Positions 8,909-18,337 of a stretch of DNA of 64,000 nt are shown one piece after another. Numbering within the stretch: the first letter of the stretch is position 1; every line of letters starts with the position of its first letter. The stretch comes from a bacterium. GTDB lineage: Bacteria; Patescibacteriota; Minisyncoccia; Phycocordibacterales; CALRBL01. The translations under genes and the position numbers were made by a program. Below the pieces are notes generated by a model, which had not been told where the DNA came from, searched no databases, and saw only the letters and a list, made by a program, of their open reading frames with translations. Location: positions 79,202 through 143,201 of the forward strand of contig JAIYEG010000002.1 in the NCBI GenBank assembly GCA_027487075.1, given 5' to 3'.

Positions 8909-9781
8909 ATGTTACGACGTATCTTTCTTTCAACCGTATGTGCAGTGATGATCGTGGGTGGTGCTTTTACCGTGCGCATGTTGTATCCCGCTGACTTCAC
9001 CGAAAAGCATGTATTCTTAGCACCTGGCACGTTCCCACGCGACATTTCAAACGCGCTTCAAGACTCCGGTGTCGTGCGTTCTGGCTTTATACTCCATGTC
9101 ATTTTGTACGTCACTCGTACTGGTGACAACTTGGTACCAGGAGATTATTTGTTTGAAAAACCTCAAAATGTTTTTACCATAGCACGTCGTATTACTTCTG
9201 GAACATTTGGTGTGGAACAACGAAAGCTGGTGGTACCGGAAGGATCAACAAATCAACAAATTGCAGATATTGCTGCGGAAGCTTTTCCTGATTTTGATAA
9301 AACATTATTTATGAAGCAAGCGTCAGGTAAGCAAGGATATCTTTTTCCTGACACATACTTCCTTCTTTCAACATCAACAGAAGAAGTAATTGAAAAAATG
9401 ACTGATCGTTTTAATTTTCAAGTACGCATGCTCCAAGCTGAAGCACTCAATGAAGGTAGAAATTGGAACGATGTAGTAATACTCGCATCCATCTTGGAAG
9501 AGGAGGCAGATACCCTCGAAGATTTTAAATTAGTTTCTGGTATCTTACAAAAGCGACAAAGCATCGGCATGCCACTTCAAGTTGATGTTGCGAGAGAGAC
9601 ATACGAGCGTCTTGGTTTGCCTGACCAACCACTTTCAAACCCTGGTCTTGCCACCCTTGATGCGGTACTTCATCCTACGCCCAGCAACTTTCTTTATTAC
9701 TTGACGGGTAAGGACGGTCTCATGCATTATGCGGTCACCTATGAAGAACACAAGCAGAACATCGATCGATACCTCCGCTAA
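8909..9781 (+). CDS. mltG: Endolytic murein transglycosylase MltG (YceG family)
   Basis: N-terminal TM, then ...ETYERLGLPDQPLSNPGLATLDAVLHPTPSNFLYYL, which is YceG-like. The ORF-track start at 8864 overlaps the upstream gene. The ATG at 8909 directly follows the upstream TAG. Confidence 0.8.
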   Translation: MLRRIFLSTVCAVMIVGGAFTVRMLYPADFTEKHVFLAPGTFPRDISNALQDSGVVRSGFILHVILYVTRTGDNLVPGDYLFEKPQNVFTIARRITSGTFGVEQRKLVVPEGSTNQQIADIAAEAFPDFDKTLFMKQASGKQGYLFPDTYFLLSTSTEEVIEKMTDRFNFQVRMLQAEALNEGRNWNDVVILASILEEEADTLEDFKLVSGILQKRQSIGMPLQVDVARETYERLGLPDQPLSNPGLATLDAVLHPTPSNFLYYLTGKDGLMHYAVTYEEHKQNIDRYLR

Positions 9782-10820
9782 CACTTCAAAAAAGAAGGTG
9801 TTTGTCGGTATGTCTGGAGGTGTGGACTCCTCAGTGTCTGCAGCTCTTCTCAAAGAACAGGGATACGATGTGACGGGTGTGTTCATAAAGGTGTGGCAGC
9901 CAGACTTCATGCCCTGCAGTTGGAAAGATGAGCGTCGTGATGCGATGCGCGTTGCGGCGCACCTCAACATCCCCATCATCACGCTCGATCTCGAGAAAGC
10001 GTACAAGCAAGAAGTGGTGGACTATATGATCGACGAGTACAAGAGAGGACGCACACCCAATCCTGACGTCATGTGCAACCGCTACGTGAAGTTCGGTGGC
10101 TTTTTCGACTGGGCTATGGCACAAGGCGCTGACTTCGTCGCTACAGGTCACTACGCCCGCACGAAGGACGGCATGCTTTTGAAAGGTGAAGATGACAACA
10201 AGGATCAATCATATTTTTTGTGGACGCTCACGAAAGAAAAGCTTAAGAAAACATTATTTCCCGTTGGAGACATTGAGAAACCACAGGTACGCAAGCTTGC
10301 GAAGAAGTTCGAGCTTCCCAACGCTGAGAAGAAGGATAGTCAGGGATTATGTTTCGTGGGTAAGATCGATATGAAAGAATTTCTCGAGCATTTCATCGAA
10401 GAGAAGTCTGGCGATGTTATCAGTATCAACGGAGAAGTCATCGGTCATCACAATGGCGCGCTTTTTTTCACTATCGGCGAGCGTCACGGCTTCACGGTCA
10501 CCAAAAAGAGTCCTGATGACCGAGCATATTTTGTCGTTGCAAAGAATATCGACGCAAACACCCTCACGGTGTCACAAGACAAGCTTGAGCTTCAGGACAC
10601 AACATCAGACATCATCCTCAAAGATACCAACTGGATCAGCAGCACACCAGATGCACAAAAAGTATATAAAGCCCGCGTGCGATATCGAGGAGAACTTCAT
10701 GAGGTACAAATTGATGGCAACAAACTCAGTTTCATATCTTCAACTGACACAATCACCCCAGGACAGAGTGTTGTGGTGTATGACGGGGAGGTGTGTGTTG
10801 GGGGTGCTGTTATCGCCTAA
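9741..10820 (+). CDS. mnmA: tRNA 2-thiouridine synthase MnmA
   Basis: KKVFVGMSGGVDSSVSAALLKEQGYDVTGVF is a PP-loop motif. Start is uncertain: ATGs at 9729 and 9741 both overlap the mltG 3' end. Confidence 0.85.
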   Translation: MKNTSRTSIDTSANTSKKKVFVGMSGGVDSSVSAALLKEQGYDVTGVFIKVWQPDFMPCSWKDERRDAMRVAAHLNIPIITLDLEKAYKQEVVDYMIDEYKRGRTPNPDVMCNRYVKFGGFFDWAMAQGADFVATGHYARTKDGMLLKGEDDNKDQSYFLWTLTKEKLKKTLFPVGDIEKPQVRKLAKKFELPNAEKKDSQGLCFVGKIDMKEFLEHFIEEKSGDVISINGEVIGHHNGALFFTIGERHGFTVTKKSPDDRAYFVVAKNIDANTLTVSQDKLELQDTTSDIILKDTNWISSTPDAQKVYKARVRYRGELHEVQIDGNKLSFISSTDTITPGQSVVVYDGEVCVGGAVIA

Positions 10821-10897
10821 TAGACAACAGAAAGAAAGAGTGCTAATTTTCAAACGTTAACTTTTCATTCAACCTTAACTAAAGAAGGGATAAGACA

Positions 10898-11266
10898 GTG
10901 ATAAAGATTGTTCGTTTTGAATTAACGATTCGTTTCTGTACCAGTAAAGGTAGCTGGTTCCGCAGTGCCCAGTTTGCTACGCTTACCGGTGTGTATGAGT
11001 GGAAGCTGGAAGATGACGTGCCAAATGGGGTACAATTTATCATCGAGGCGGGGGCGCTTGGTACTGAGCGAGAGCTTCAGTTTGTCTACGACCCGAACAG
11101 GGCGGGAGTGCTCGTTGCGACGATTCAACGTGCCTTCGAAGCCTCGCGTCTTCCAGACGATTATCATCTCAATACTAAAAATCGTGTTGCGAGTTTTCTT
11201 ACCCAGGAGGTGCTGACAAGGCTGAGACAGCATGGGCAAAACTACAACTTCATCGAAGTAAGGTAG
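10898..11266 (+). CDS. Hypothetical protein
   Basis: 122-aa ORF with no recognisable motif. Followed by a hairpin-plus-T5 terminator around 11290-11322. Confidence 0.4.
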   Translation: MIKIVRFELTIRFCTSKGSWFRSAQFATLTGVYEWKLEDDVPNGVQFIIEAGALGTERELQFVYDPNRAGVLVATIQRAFEASRLPDDYHLNTKNRVASFLTQEVLTRLRQHGQNYNFIEVR

Positions 11267-11341
11267 TCCCGCACTGCATTGGCAATAAGCGCTCCCCGAC
11301 CTCGTGTCAGGGAGTGCTTTTTCGTATGTTATAATCCCTTC

Positions 11342-12184
11342 ATGGCATGGAATCCCACCTTCAAGAAAAAGCTGTTTGAGCCTGAAGTAAACGGCGATGG
11401 AACACCGTTCAAGCTTTCTCGTTCGAAGATCGATCTCTTCATCGAATGTCCTCGCTGCTTTTATCTTGATCGCCGTCTCGGCGTCTCACGTCCACAAGGC
11501 TTCCCATTCAATTTAAATAGCGCCGTCGACCACCTTCTCAAAAAGGAATTTGATGCGCATCGCGTAGCAAAGTCTGCACATCCGCTCATGACTACCTACG
11601 GCGTGGATGCAATTCCGTTTGCTCACCGTGATATGGATGTCTGGCGAGAAAACTTTGTCGGCGTGCAATCGCTTCATGAAAAAACCAACCTACTCATCTT
11701 CGGTGCAGTCGATGATGTCTGGATCAATCCAAAAGGCGAGCTCATCGTCGTCGACTACAAGGCGACAAGCAAAGATAGTGAAGTGAACCTCGATGCCGAG
11801 TGGCAAGACGGCTATAAGCGACAAATGGAAGTGTATCAGTGGCTTCTCAGGCAGAATAAATTTCCTGTTGCTGAGACGGGATATTTCGTCTATGCGAATG
11901 GTAAGCGAGATCGTGCTGCATTCGATGCGAAGCTTGAGTTTGATATTAAGCTCATTCCTTATACGGGCAACACTGATTGGATAGAAAAGACCCTCGGACT
12001 TATCAAGCAATGCCTCATGGATGATCGCATCCCGAGCGCTACTGAGACCTGCGAATACTGCTCATATCGAAACAAGGCAGGCAAGGCCATTATTGAAACC
12101 GCAGGGAAGCTCAAGGAAAAGGTAGAGCAGGAGCCTGTAAAGATAGCTAAAGCTAAGACAAAGAAAAGCAAAAAAGATGAGTAA
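11342..12184 (+). CDS. PD-(D/E)XK nuclease, Cas4/RecB-like, with a 4-Cys cluster
   Basis: N-terminal CPRCFY, IVVDYKATS (D-x-K), QMEVYQWLL (QxxxY) and C-terminal CEYCSY. A TATAAT sits roughly 10 nt upstream. The ORF-track start at 11279 is probably over-extended. Confidence 0.7.
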   Translation: MAWNPTFKKKLFEPEVNGDGTPFKLSRSKIDLFIECPRCFYLDRRLGVSRPQGFPFNLNSAVDHLLKKEFDAHRVAKSAHPLMTTYGVDAIPFAHRDMDVWRENFVGVQSLHEKTNLLIFGAVDDVWINPKGELIVVDYKATSKDSEVNLDAEWQDGYKRQMEVYQWLLRQNKFPVAETGYFVYANGKRDRAAFDAKLEFDIKLIPYTGNTDWIEKTLGLIKQCLMDDRIPSATETCEYCSYRNKAGKAIIETAGKLKEKVEQEPVKIAKAKTKKSKKDE

Positions 12185-12767
12185 GGTTGATGAATTGCAA
12201 AAGATTGAACAGGATATTCTCGATCTCACGCAATCACCTTTGTATACACACCGCACAGAAAATAAATATTTTCCTGTCATAGGAGAGGGAAGTGTTGATG
12301 CGCGCATCATGATCATCGGTGAAGCACCTGGAAAGAATGAAGCGCTTACGGGCAAGCCGTTTTGCGGAGCATCAGGAAAAATCCTTGATAAGCTTCTCGC
12401 ATCAATCGGCCTTGAGCGTCAAAGCGTGTACATCACGAATATCGTCAAGGATCGTCCGCCTGAAAATCGCGATCCGACCCCGGAAGAAATTGCGCTCTAT
12501 ACGCCGTTTCTCGATCGACAGATTGACCTCATGCAGCCGAAAGTGATCGTAACGCTCGGTCGTTTTTCTATGACGTATATCATGCAGAAGTTTGATCCAG
12601 CATGGAATGAACATATTTCTGGTGTACACGGACAGGAGATTGGCGTGCAGGCTTCGTATGGTGAGATAACGGTTTTGCCGCTGTATCATCCTGCAGCAAC
12701 GATCTATAACCAGAAGCTTAAAGAGACGTTTTTCGAAGATGGTCAAAAATTGAAGAACTATATGTAG
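12177..12767 (+). CDS. Uracil-DNA glycosylase superfamily (family 4/5-like)
   Basis: GEGSVDARIMIIGEAPGKNEALTGKPFCGASGKILD (motif A GEAPG) and ...LPLYHPAATIYN (motif B HPA). Confidence 0.8.
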   Translation: MSKVDELQKIEQDILDLTQSPLYTHRTENKYFPVIGEGSVDARIMIIGEAPGKNEALTGKPFCGASGKILDKLLASIGLERQSVYITNIVKDRPPENRDPTPEEIALYTPFLDRQIDLMQPKVIVTLGRFSMTYIMQKFDPAWNEHISGVHGQEIGVQASYGEITVLPLYHPAATIYNQKLKETFFEDGQKLKNYM

Positions 12768-12777
12768 TTAATAAATG

Positions 12778-12807
12778 AAAGCGGCGGCCATGACTGGCCG
12801 CCGCTTA
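12778..12807. terminator. Bidirectional terminator between convergent genes
   Basis: AGCGGCGGCCA-tgac-TGGCCGCCGCT: an 11-bp perfect stem. Confidence 0.65.
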
Positions 12808-12817
12808 TCCAAATGTG

Positions 12818-13720
12818 TTAGAGATGGATACCGATTATTTTTGCCCACTCACCTTGAAGATATCCGAGCGCGGCGAGCAAAACAGCTTGCTGTCCGATGT
12901 GATCAACGTTGTGCGAGCTAAAATCATACCCCCGACCTGGTACCCCAATGCTGTGCCACTCATTGGGATTTAATCCTGACGCGTCACCTGGACAGGTAAT
13001 AATCAGACCGCCTCTATTGTCACAGACGCTGCAACGGTGCAGATCGAGCCCTACATACGACTCTTTTCCAGTTCTCATCATGTGCACCCAAAGTTCGAAC
13101 ATCATTTTGGAAACGTCGCTTTTTATCATTCCGCGCATAATGCTTGGAAGCATGTTTGCAAAGCCTGGAGAAAAAGACCCGTTTAAGCTAGCACCTCCTG
13201 ACTGCTTCTCCATACATGTTTGAAGGGTGAGAGGCTGATTAAATGACGGTTGAATTTCATTGTTTTCAGGCTCAAATGCGAGCAAGTCAAAGAACAATGC
13301 CAGGCTTGCTCCAAGCGCGTCAGCTTCCTGCCAGCGCAGTTCATAAGTGACACCTCCATCGCAGCTAAAGCAATTCATACCATCATTTTCTCCGGTGCCA
13401 CTGCACGTAGAACAAGTTCCGGTGATATGAGTTACTTTGGGAAAAGGCGCTTCAAAAATTTGAAAGTCCTCGCTCTCTGCAACATACTTGATGACTCCTC
13501 CGAACCCGAAACCACTTTGAAAGGAACGAGAAAAGGAAATGTCATCAGGTATTGAAAGTGAAGATCGAAACCTTCTGACAAAATCAGGCCCCAGGCCCAG
13601 ATCTGCCTCTGCACTCCGAATCACATCTTTTCGGACATGAAAACGTAAGATTTTTTGAACTGGGTCGTAGACAAACGCGTACCAGGCCGGAATCGGCCCT
13701 TCAGTGATAATTCGATTCAT
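12818..13720 (-). CDS. Cys-rich hypothetical protein (zinc-ribbon-like CxxC pairs)
   Basis: CSTCSGTG...CFSCDGG and CSVCDNRGG...CPGD. No family recognised. Confidence 0.5.
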   Translation of the reverse strand: MNRIITEGPIPAWYAFVYDPVQKILRFHVRKDVIRSAEADLGLGPDFVRRFRSSLSIPDDISFSRSFQSGFGFGGVIKYVAESEDFQIFEAPFPKVTHITGTCSTCSGTGENDGMNCFSCDGGVTYELRWQEADALGASLALFFDLLAFEPENNEIQPSFNQPLTLQTCMEKQSGGASLNGSFSPGFANMLPSIMRGMIKSDVSKMMFELWVHMMRTGKESYVGLDLHRCSVCDNRGGLIITCPGDASGLNPNEWHSIGVPGRGYDFSSHNVDHIGQQAVLLAALGYLQGEWAKIIGIHL

Positions 13721-13790
13721 TTTTTAGGTTCTCCGGTTAAGGCTTACGTAGAGGCTACTATAAAGTAGTGTTATTGTGCAATAACACCCA

Positions 13791-15572
13791 TTGTCATATA
13801 CTCGGCTTATGAAAACCAAGATCAAAACTGAGTGGGATCTCAAAAGCCTTTTTTATGAATCTCATGATGATCCTAAGATTGAAAAGGATCTTAAGAAATG
13901 CGAGAAACTTACTGATGACTTTTCAAAAAAGTATAAAGGTGTGAATTTTACAAAGAATGAAGATTCGCTTTTTGCCGCTCTGACTGACTACGAAGAATTG
14001 ATGGGTGATTCTTCAGGAGCGCGAGCGATTCGCTATTTCCAGTACGCACACGATAAGAATGCTGAGGATAAAAAGGCAGAAGCTGCATTACAGCAGCTGA
14101 ACGACCGTCTTACCAAGGCTTTTAATAAAATCATCTTTTTTGAGCTTGAAATCGGGAAAATTCCTAAAATTGATCAGGTACGCGTATTGGAATCAAAAAA
14201 ATTAAAACATTTTGAGTATTTCCTTTCAAAGAGTTTTCAAAGATCAAAATATAATCTTTCTGAGCCTGAAGAAAAAATCCTATCACTCAAGTCGCTTACT
14301 TCTCGAGAGCTTTGGATATCGAGCAATCAAAAATCTATTAGCAAGCAAACGATTGTCTGGAAAGGGGAAATAACACCCATCGCAAAAGCTTCTGCAATGA
14401 TATCAACTCTGCCTTTGAAGGAGCGACGTTCTCTGCATTCGCTTGTATTAAAAAAATTAGAATCAATCAGTGATTTGGCTGAAGCAGAAATAAATGCGGT
14501 ATATATCGATAAGAAAATAAACGATGAGCTTCGCGGCTTTAAGAAGCCTTATGATGCGACACTTTTGTCGCATGAGACAGACGAGAAGATGGTGACTACT
14601 CTTGTAGACACGGTTACGGATAAATTTTCTATAAGCCATCGTTTCTATAAGCTCAAAGCACGATTATTGAAGTTAGAAAAACTAAGCTACGCCGATAGGG
14701 CTGCCGGTATTGGAAAAACGACAAAAAAAGTTGAGTTTGAGGAAGGGTTAGATATTGTAAAGAAATCCTTCGGTGAAATGGATGAAGATTTTGAGAAATT
14801 GCTTGATAGTTTTATAAGAAACGGCCAGATTGATGTATATCCTAAAAAGGGTAAGCGTGGTGGCGCATATTGCTCTGGCACGACTAATCTTCCAACAATG
14901 CTGTTGCTCAACAATATTCCTGAGATGGGCTCTGTTTCTACCTTAGCTCATGAAATGGGTCACGCAATTCATTTTGAGTACTCGAAAAAACAAAGCCCGC
15001 TCTACCAAGATATCACCATAGCGGTTGCTGAAGTGGCGAGCACTTTTTTTGAAGAAGTCATTTTCAATAATTTATTGCCTACCTTATCCAAAAAAGAGCA
15101 GATTATCGCGTTGCATGACAAGATCAATGATGAGATTAGCACTATTTTCCGTCAAATTGCCTGTTTTAACTTTGAGAATGAGTTGCATCAACTTATAAGA
15201 GCAAAAGGCGCACTATCAAAAGAGGAGATAGGTAACGTTCTTAATAAGCACATGAGGTCATACCTTGGTCCAAAAGTTGGCATGACTGAAGAAGATGGAT
15301 ATTTCTTTGTCATGTGGGGTCATATTCGTAACTTTTTTTACGTGTACTCTTATTCATATGGAAATCTCGTCAGCAAGGCGCTCTATAGGAAGTATCAGCA
15401 AGATAATACGTACATAGAAAAGATTAAGTCATTCTTAAGTGCGGGTAATTCAAAAAGCCCTCGCGACATCTTTAATGACATCGGTATCGACACGTCAGAT
15501 CCGAAGTTCTGGGAAGAAGGACTTGCTCAGATCGAAGATGATATCAAGAGACTGGAGAAACTAACGAAATAA
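13791..15572 (+). CDS. pepF: Oligoendopeptidase F (M3B)
   Basis: Zinc motif TLAHEMGHAIHF (HEXXH). Length and layout are typical of PepF. Confidence 0.85.
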   Translation: MSYTRLMKTKIKTEWDLKSLFYESHDDPKIEKDLKKCEKLTDDFSKKYKGVNFTKNEDSLFAALTDYEELMGDSSGARAIRYFQYAHDKNAEDKKAEAALQQLNDRLTKAFNKIIFFELEIGKIPKIDQVRVLESKKLKHFEYFLSKSFQRSKYNLSEPEEKILSLKSLTSRELWISSNQKSISKQTIVWKGEITPIAKASAMISTLPLKERRSLHSLVLKKLESISDLAEAEINAVYIDKKINDELRGFKKPYDATLLSHETDEKMVTTLVDTVTDKFSISHRFYKLKARLLKLEKLSYADRAAGIGKTTKKVEFEEGLDIVKKSFGEMDEDFEKLLDSFIRNGQIDVYPKKGKRGGAYCSGTTNLPTMLLLNNIPEMGSVSTLAHEMGHAIHFEYSKKQSPLYQDITIAVAEVASTFFEEVIFNNLLPTLSKKEQIIALHDKINDEISTIFRQIACFNFENELHQLIRAKGALSKEEIGNVLNKHMRSYLGPKVGMTEEDGYFFVMWGHIRNFFYVYSYSYGNLVSKALYRKYQQDNTYIEKIKSFLSAGNSKSPRDIFNDIGIDTSDPKFWEEGLAQIEDDIKRLEKLTK

Positions 15573-15588
15573 TGCTAAAAATAGGCAC

Positions 15589-17367
15589 ATGACCTCAGCC
15601 GAAATACGCAAGCGATTCATATCATTTTTCGAGAAACGCGGGCACGCCGTGCTTCCTTCGGCATCACTCGTACCTGAAAATGACCCATCAGTACTCTTCA
15701 ATACTGCCGGAATGCAACCGCTCGTACCATACCTTCTCGGCGAAAAGCACCCGCTCGGCACACGTCTCGTGAACTTCCAGAAATGCGTGCGCACAGGCGA
15801 CATCGATGATATTGGCGACAACACACACGCTACCTTCTTCGAAATGATGGGGAACTGGTCGCTCGGCGATTACTTCAAGGAAGACGCTATCAAATGGAGC
15901 TACGAGCTCCTCACTTCAAAAGATGAAGGATTCGGCCTCGATCCACATCGCCTCTACGTGACGGTATTTGAAGGTAACGAAGATGCGCCTCGCGATGATG
16001 AGGCTGCGGCAATCTGGAAAAAATATCTTCCTGAAAACCGCATCTACTACCGACCGGCAGACAAGAATTGGTGGAGCGCGGGTGATAACGGCCCATGCGG
16101 ACCTGACACCGAAATGTTTTACGACGTTACGGGAACGCTCGGCGACATGACGCTTGAAGAGTATCTCAAAGCTGATGATGAGCAGAAAGTTGTTGAGATC
16201 TGGAACGACGTATTCATGGAATACCTCAAGAAAGACGGAAAGGTAGTAGGGAAGCTTGCCAACAAGAACGTGGATACAGGATCAGGATTCGAGCGCATCA
16301 CGATGGTGCTCCAGGGAAAGGATAATATCTTCGACACCGACCTTTTCCTGCCGATCATCAACAAGATCAAGGAATTTACCTCCGTCGATACGACCACCAA
16401 AGAATCTATCCGAGCAATGCGTATTATCGCTGACCATCTTCGCGCTACAACATTTCTTATCGGTGACGGCGTGCTTCCTGGTAATAAGGATCAGGGATAC
16501 ATCCTCCGACGTCTTCTACGACGCGCTGTTCGCTATGCGGATACACTCAACATGAAGCACGGTAGTCTGTTTTGGATTGCAGATACCATTGTGACTGAAT
16601 ACAAGGATGCATATCCGATGCTTATCACCCAGAAGGAGCATATTAAGAGTGAGATAGATAAAGAAGAGCAAAAGTTTCGCTCAACTCTTGCTAAAGGCAT
16701 GAAAGAATTCGAACGTATGGCAACGAGTAGTATTTCGGGTGATGATGCCTTTCTTTTGCTTTCAAGCTATGGATTTCCTATTGATCTCACCAAAGAATTA
16801 GCAAAGGAACGAGGTCTAACGGTAGATGAAAAAGGATTTGAAGAGGCATTCAAAAAGCACCAAGACCTCTCACGCTCAGGATCTGAACAGAAGTTCAAAG
16901 GAGGGCTTTCGGGGACTGGAGAAATGGAAACCCGCTACCACACAGCAACCCATCTTCTCAATGCCGCACTCCGCGAAGTGCTTGGAAATCACATCTCACA
17001 AAAGGGAAGCAACATCACTGCAGAGCGCATGCGCTTCGACTTCTCGCACGGCGCAAAAATGACTGATGAAGAAAAGAAGAAAGTGGAAGTTCTTGTGAAT
17101 CAGAAGATCGATGAAGCGCATCCTGTGACATTCAAAGAGATGCCGAAAGAAGAAGCAGAGCGTATCGGAGCAATCCATGCATTTGGAGACAAGTATGGTG
17201 ACATCGTAAAAGTATATTCGATCGGCAATGAGACCGATGGCTACTTCAGTCGTGAATTCTGTGGAGGTCCGCACGTGGCAAACACGAAAGAGCTCGGCCA
17301 CTTCAAGATCGTGAAGGAAGAAGCAGTCTCTCAAAGCGTGCGACGAATAAAAGCTGTGTTAGAATAG
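15589..17367 (+). CDS. alaS: Alanyl-tRNA synthetase, short form lacking the C-Ala domain
   Basis: N-terminus FISFFEKRGHAVLPSASLVPENDPSVLFNTAGM. Editing-domain HxxxH (RYHTATHLLNAALREVLGNH) and CGGPH are present. Only 592 aa. Confidence 0.9.
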   Translation: MTSAEIRKRFISFFEKRGHAVLPSASLVPENDPSVLFNTAGMQPLVPYLLGEKHPLGTRLVNFQKCVRTGDIDDIGDNTHATFFEMMGNWSLGDYFKEDAIKWSYELLTSKDEGFGLDPHRLYVTVFEGNEDAPRDDEAAAIWKKYLPENRIYYRPADKNWWSAGDNGPCGPDTEMFYDVTGTLGDMTLEEYLKADDEQKVVEIWNDVFMEYLKKDGKVVGKLANKNVDTGSGFERITMVLQGKDNIFDTDLFLPIINKIKEFTSVDTTTKESIRAMRIIADHLRATTFLIGDGVLPGNKDQGYILRRLLRRAVRYADTLNMKHGSLFWIADTIVTEYKDAYPMLITQKEHIKSEIDKEEQKFRSTLAKGMKEFERMATSSISGDDAFLLLSSYGFPIDLTKELAKERGLTVDEKGFEEAFKKHQDLSRSGSEQKFKGGLSGTGEMETRYHTATHLLNAALREVLGNHISQKGSNITAERMRFDFSHGAKMTDEEKKKVEVLVNQKIDEAHPVTFKEMPKEEAERIGAIHAFGDKYGDIVKVYSIGNETDGYFSREFCGGPHVANTKELGHFKIVKEEAVSQSVRRIKAVLE

Positions 17368-17371
17368 TGGC

Positions 17372-18337
17372 ATGGATCCACTGAAGCTCCTTATCACCGA
17401 CACTTCTTTTCTCCTTTCGCGAAAAGGCGAGATGATTGCGCATGAAATATTTGCCACAGATGACGAATGTTTTGAAAAAATTAAGAACGCACTCGCTTCA
17501 CACAAAAACACATCTCTCATCTGTTACTTTTCCGGAAGTCGCGTCAAAACTTCGGGAAAAACCATCCACTACGAACAAAAAACTCCATTCTCTGCTGACA
17601 AAGAGCTCCTTGAGACGCTGGTTTATCAGGCAAAAGATGCTTTTTTAAAGGAACATTCAGAGGAAGTATATGAATTGTGTGATTCTTCGGTGCGTAATAT
17701 CCGTCTCAATGACTATCCGGTGACTGAGTTGCAGAAAACCAAGGCACTGGATCTTAAAGTGAATATCTTTTTGGTCGCTATTGGCAAGAAGTATCTTTTC
17801 TCACTCAAACAGGCTCTCAAACCGTTTAAGGAAAATGCTGTGACCTATCGAGCATTTGCGGAATCACTCGCATCACGTGCCGAAGCCCTCACACACAAGA
17901 ATGATTTTATGGTGTGTTCAGCATATGAGCGATCAACAGATATTGCGGTACATAAGATAGGAAACTTTTTTGCACTGACCACGGTTCCGCTCGGTACTCA
18001 TCATGTACTCGAACACCTTGCAAAAGGGCTTTCACTTACCATGGAACAAGCTGAAGAGCAGCTTCTTGCGTATAATGAAGGTCATCTTGATGTCGCACTC
18101 AGCACAAAAGTCGATGAAGCTCTCCTTTCATTCCAAATTTCTTTTGATAATGAAGTAAAAAAAGCACTCACGTTTCTTTCTGCGGGAATATCTCTTCCAT
18201 CACAAGTATTTTTGCTCGCATCACCGTTTTTCAGAAAGGCATTTGATGCAGCTTTTGTCAGCGACTCATATCATGCACATGTCTTTAGTGAAAAGGGATT
18301 TGAAGTTACCAATATGAGTAGTATACTTACATCATGA
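17372..18337 (+). CDS. Hypothetical protein (possibly actin-like ATPase fold, FtsA/PilM-like)
   Basis: N-terminus LKLLITDTSFLLSRKGEMIAHEIFATDD. Weak resemblance only. Confidence 0.45.
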   Translation: MDPLKLLITDTSFLLSRKGEMIAHEIFATDDECFEKIKNALASHKNTSLICYFSGSRVKTSGKTIHYEQKTPFSADKELLETLVYQAKDAFLKEHSEEVYELCDSSVRNIRLNDYPVTELQKTKALDLKVNIFLVAIGKKYLFSLKQALKPFKENAVTYRAFAESLASRAEALTHKNDFMVCSAYERSTDIAVHKIGNFFALTTVPLGTHHVLEHLAKGLSLTMEQAEEQLLAYNEGHLDVALSTKVDEALLSFQISFDNEVKKALTFLSAGISLPSQVFLLASPFFRKAFDAAFVSDSYHAHVFSEKGFEVTNMSSILTS

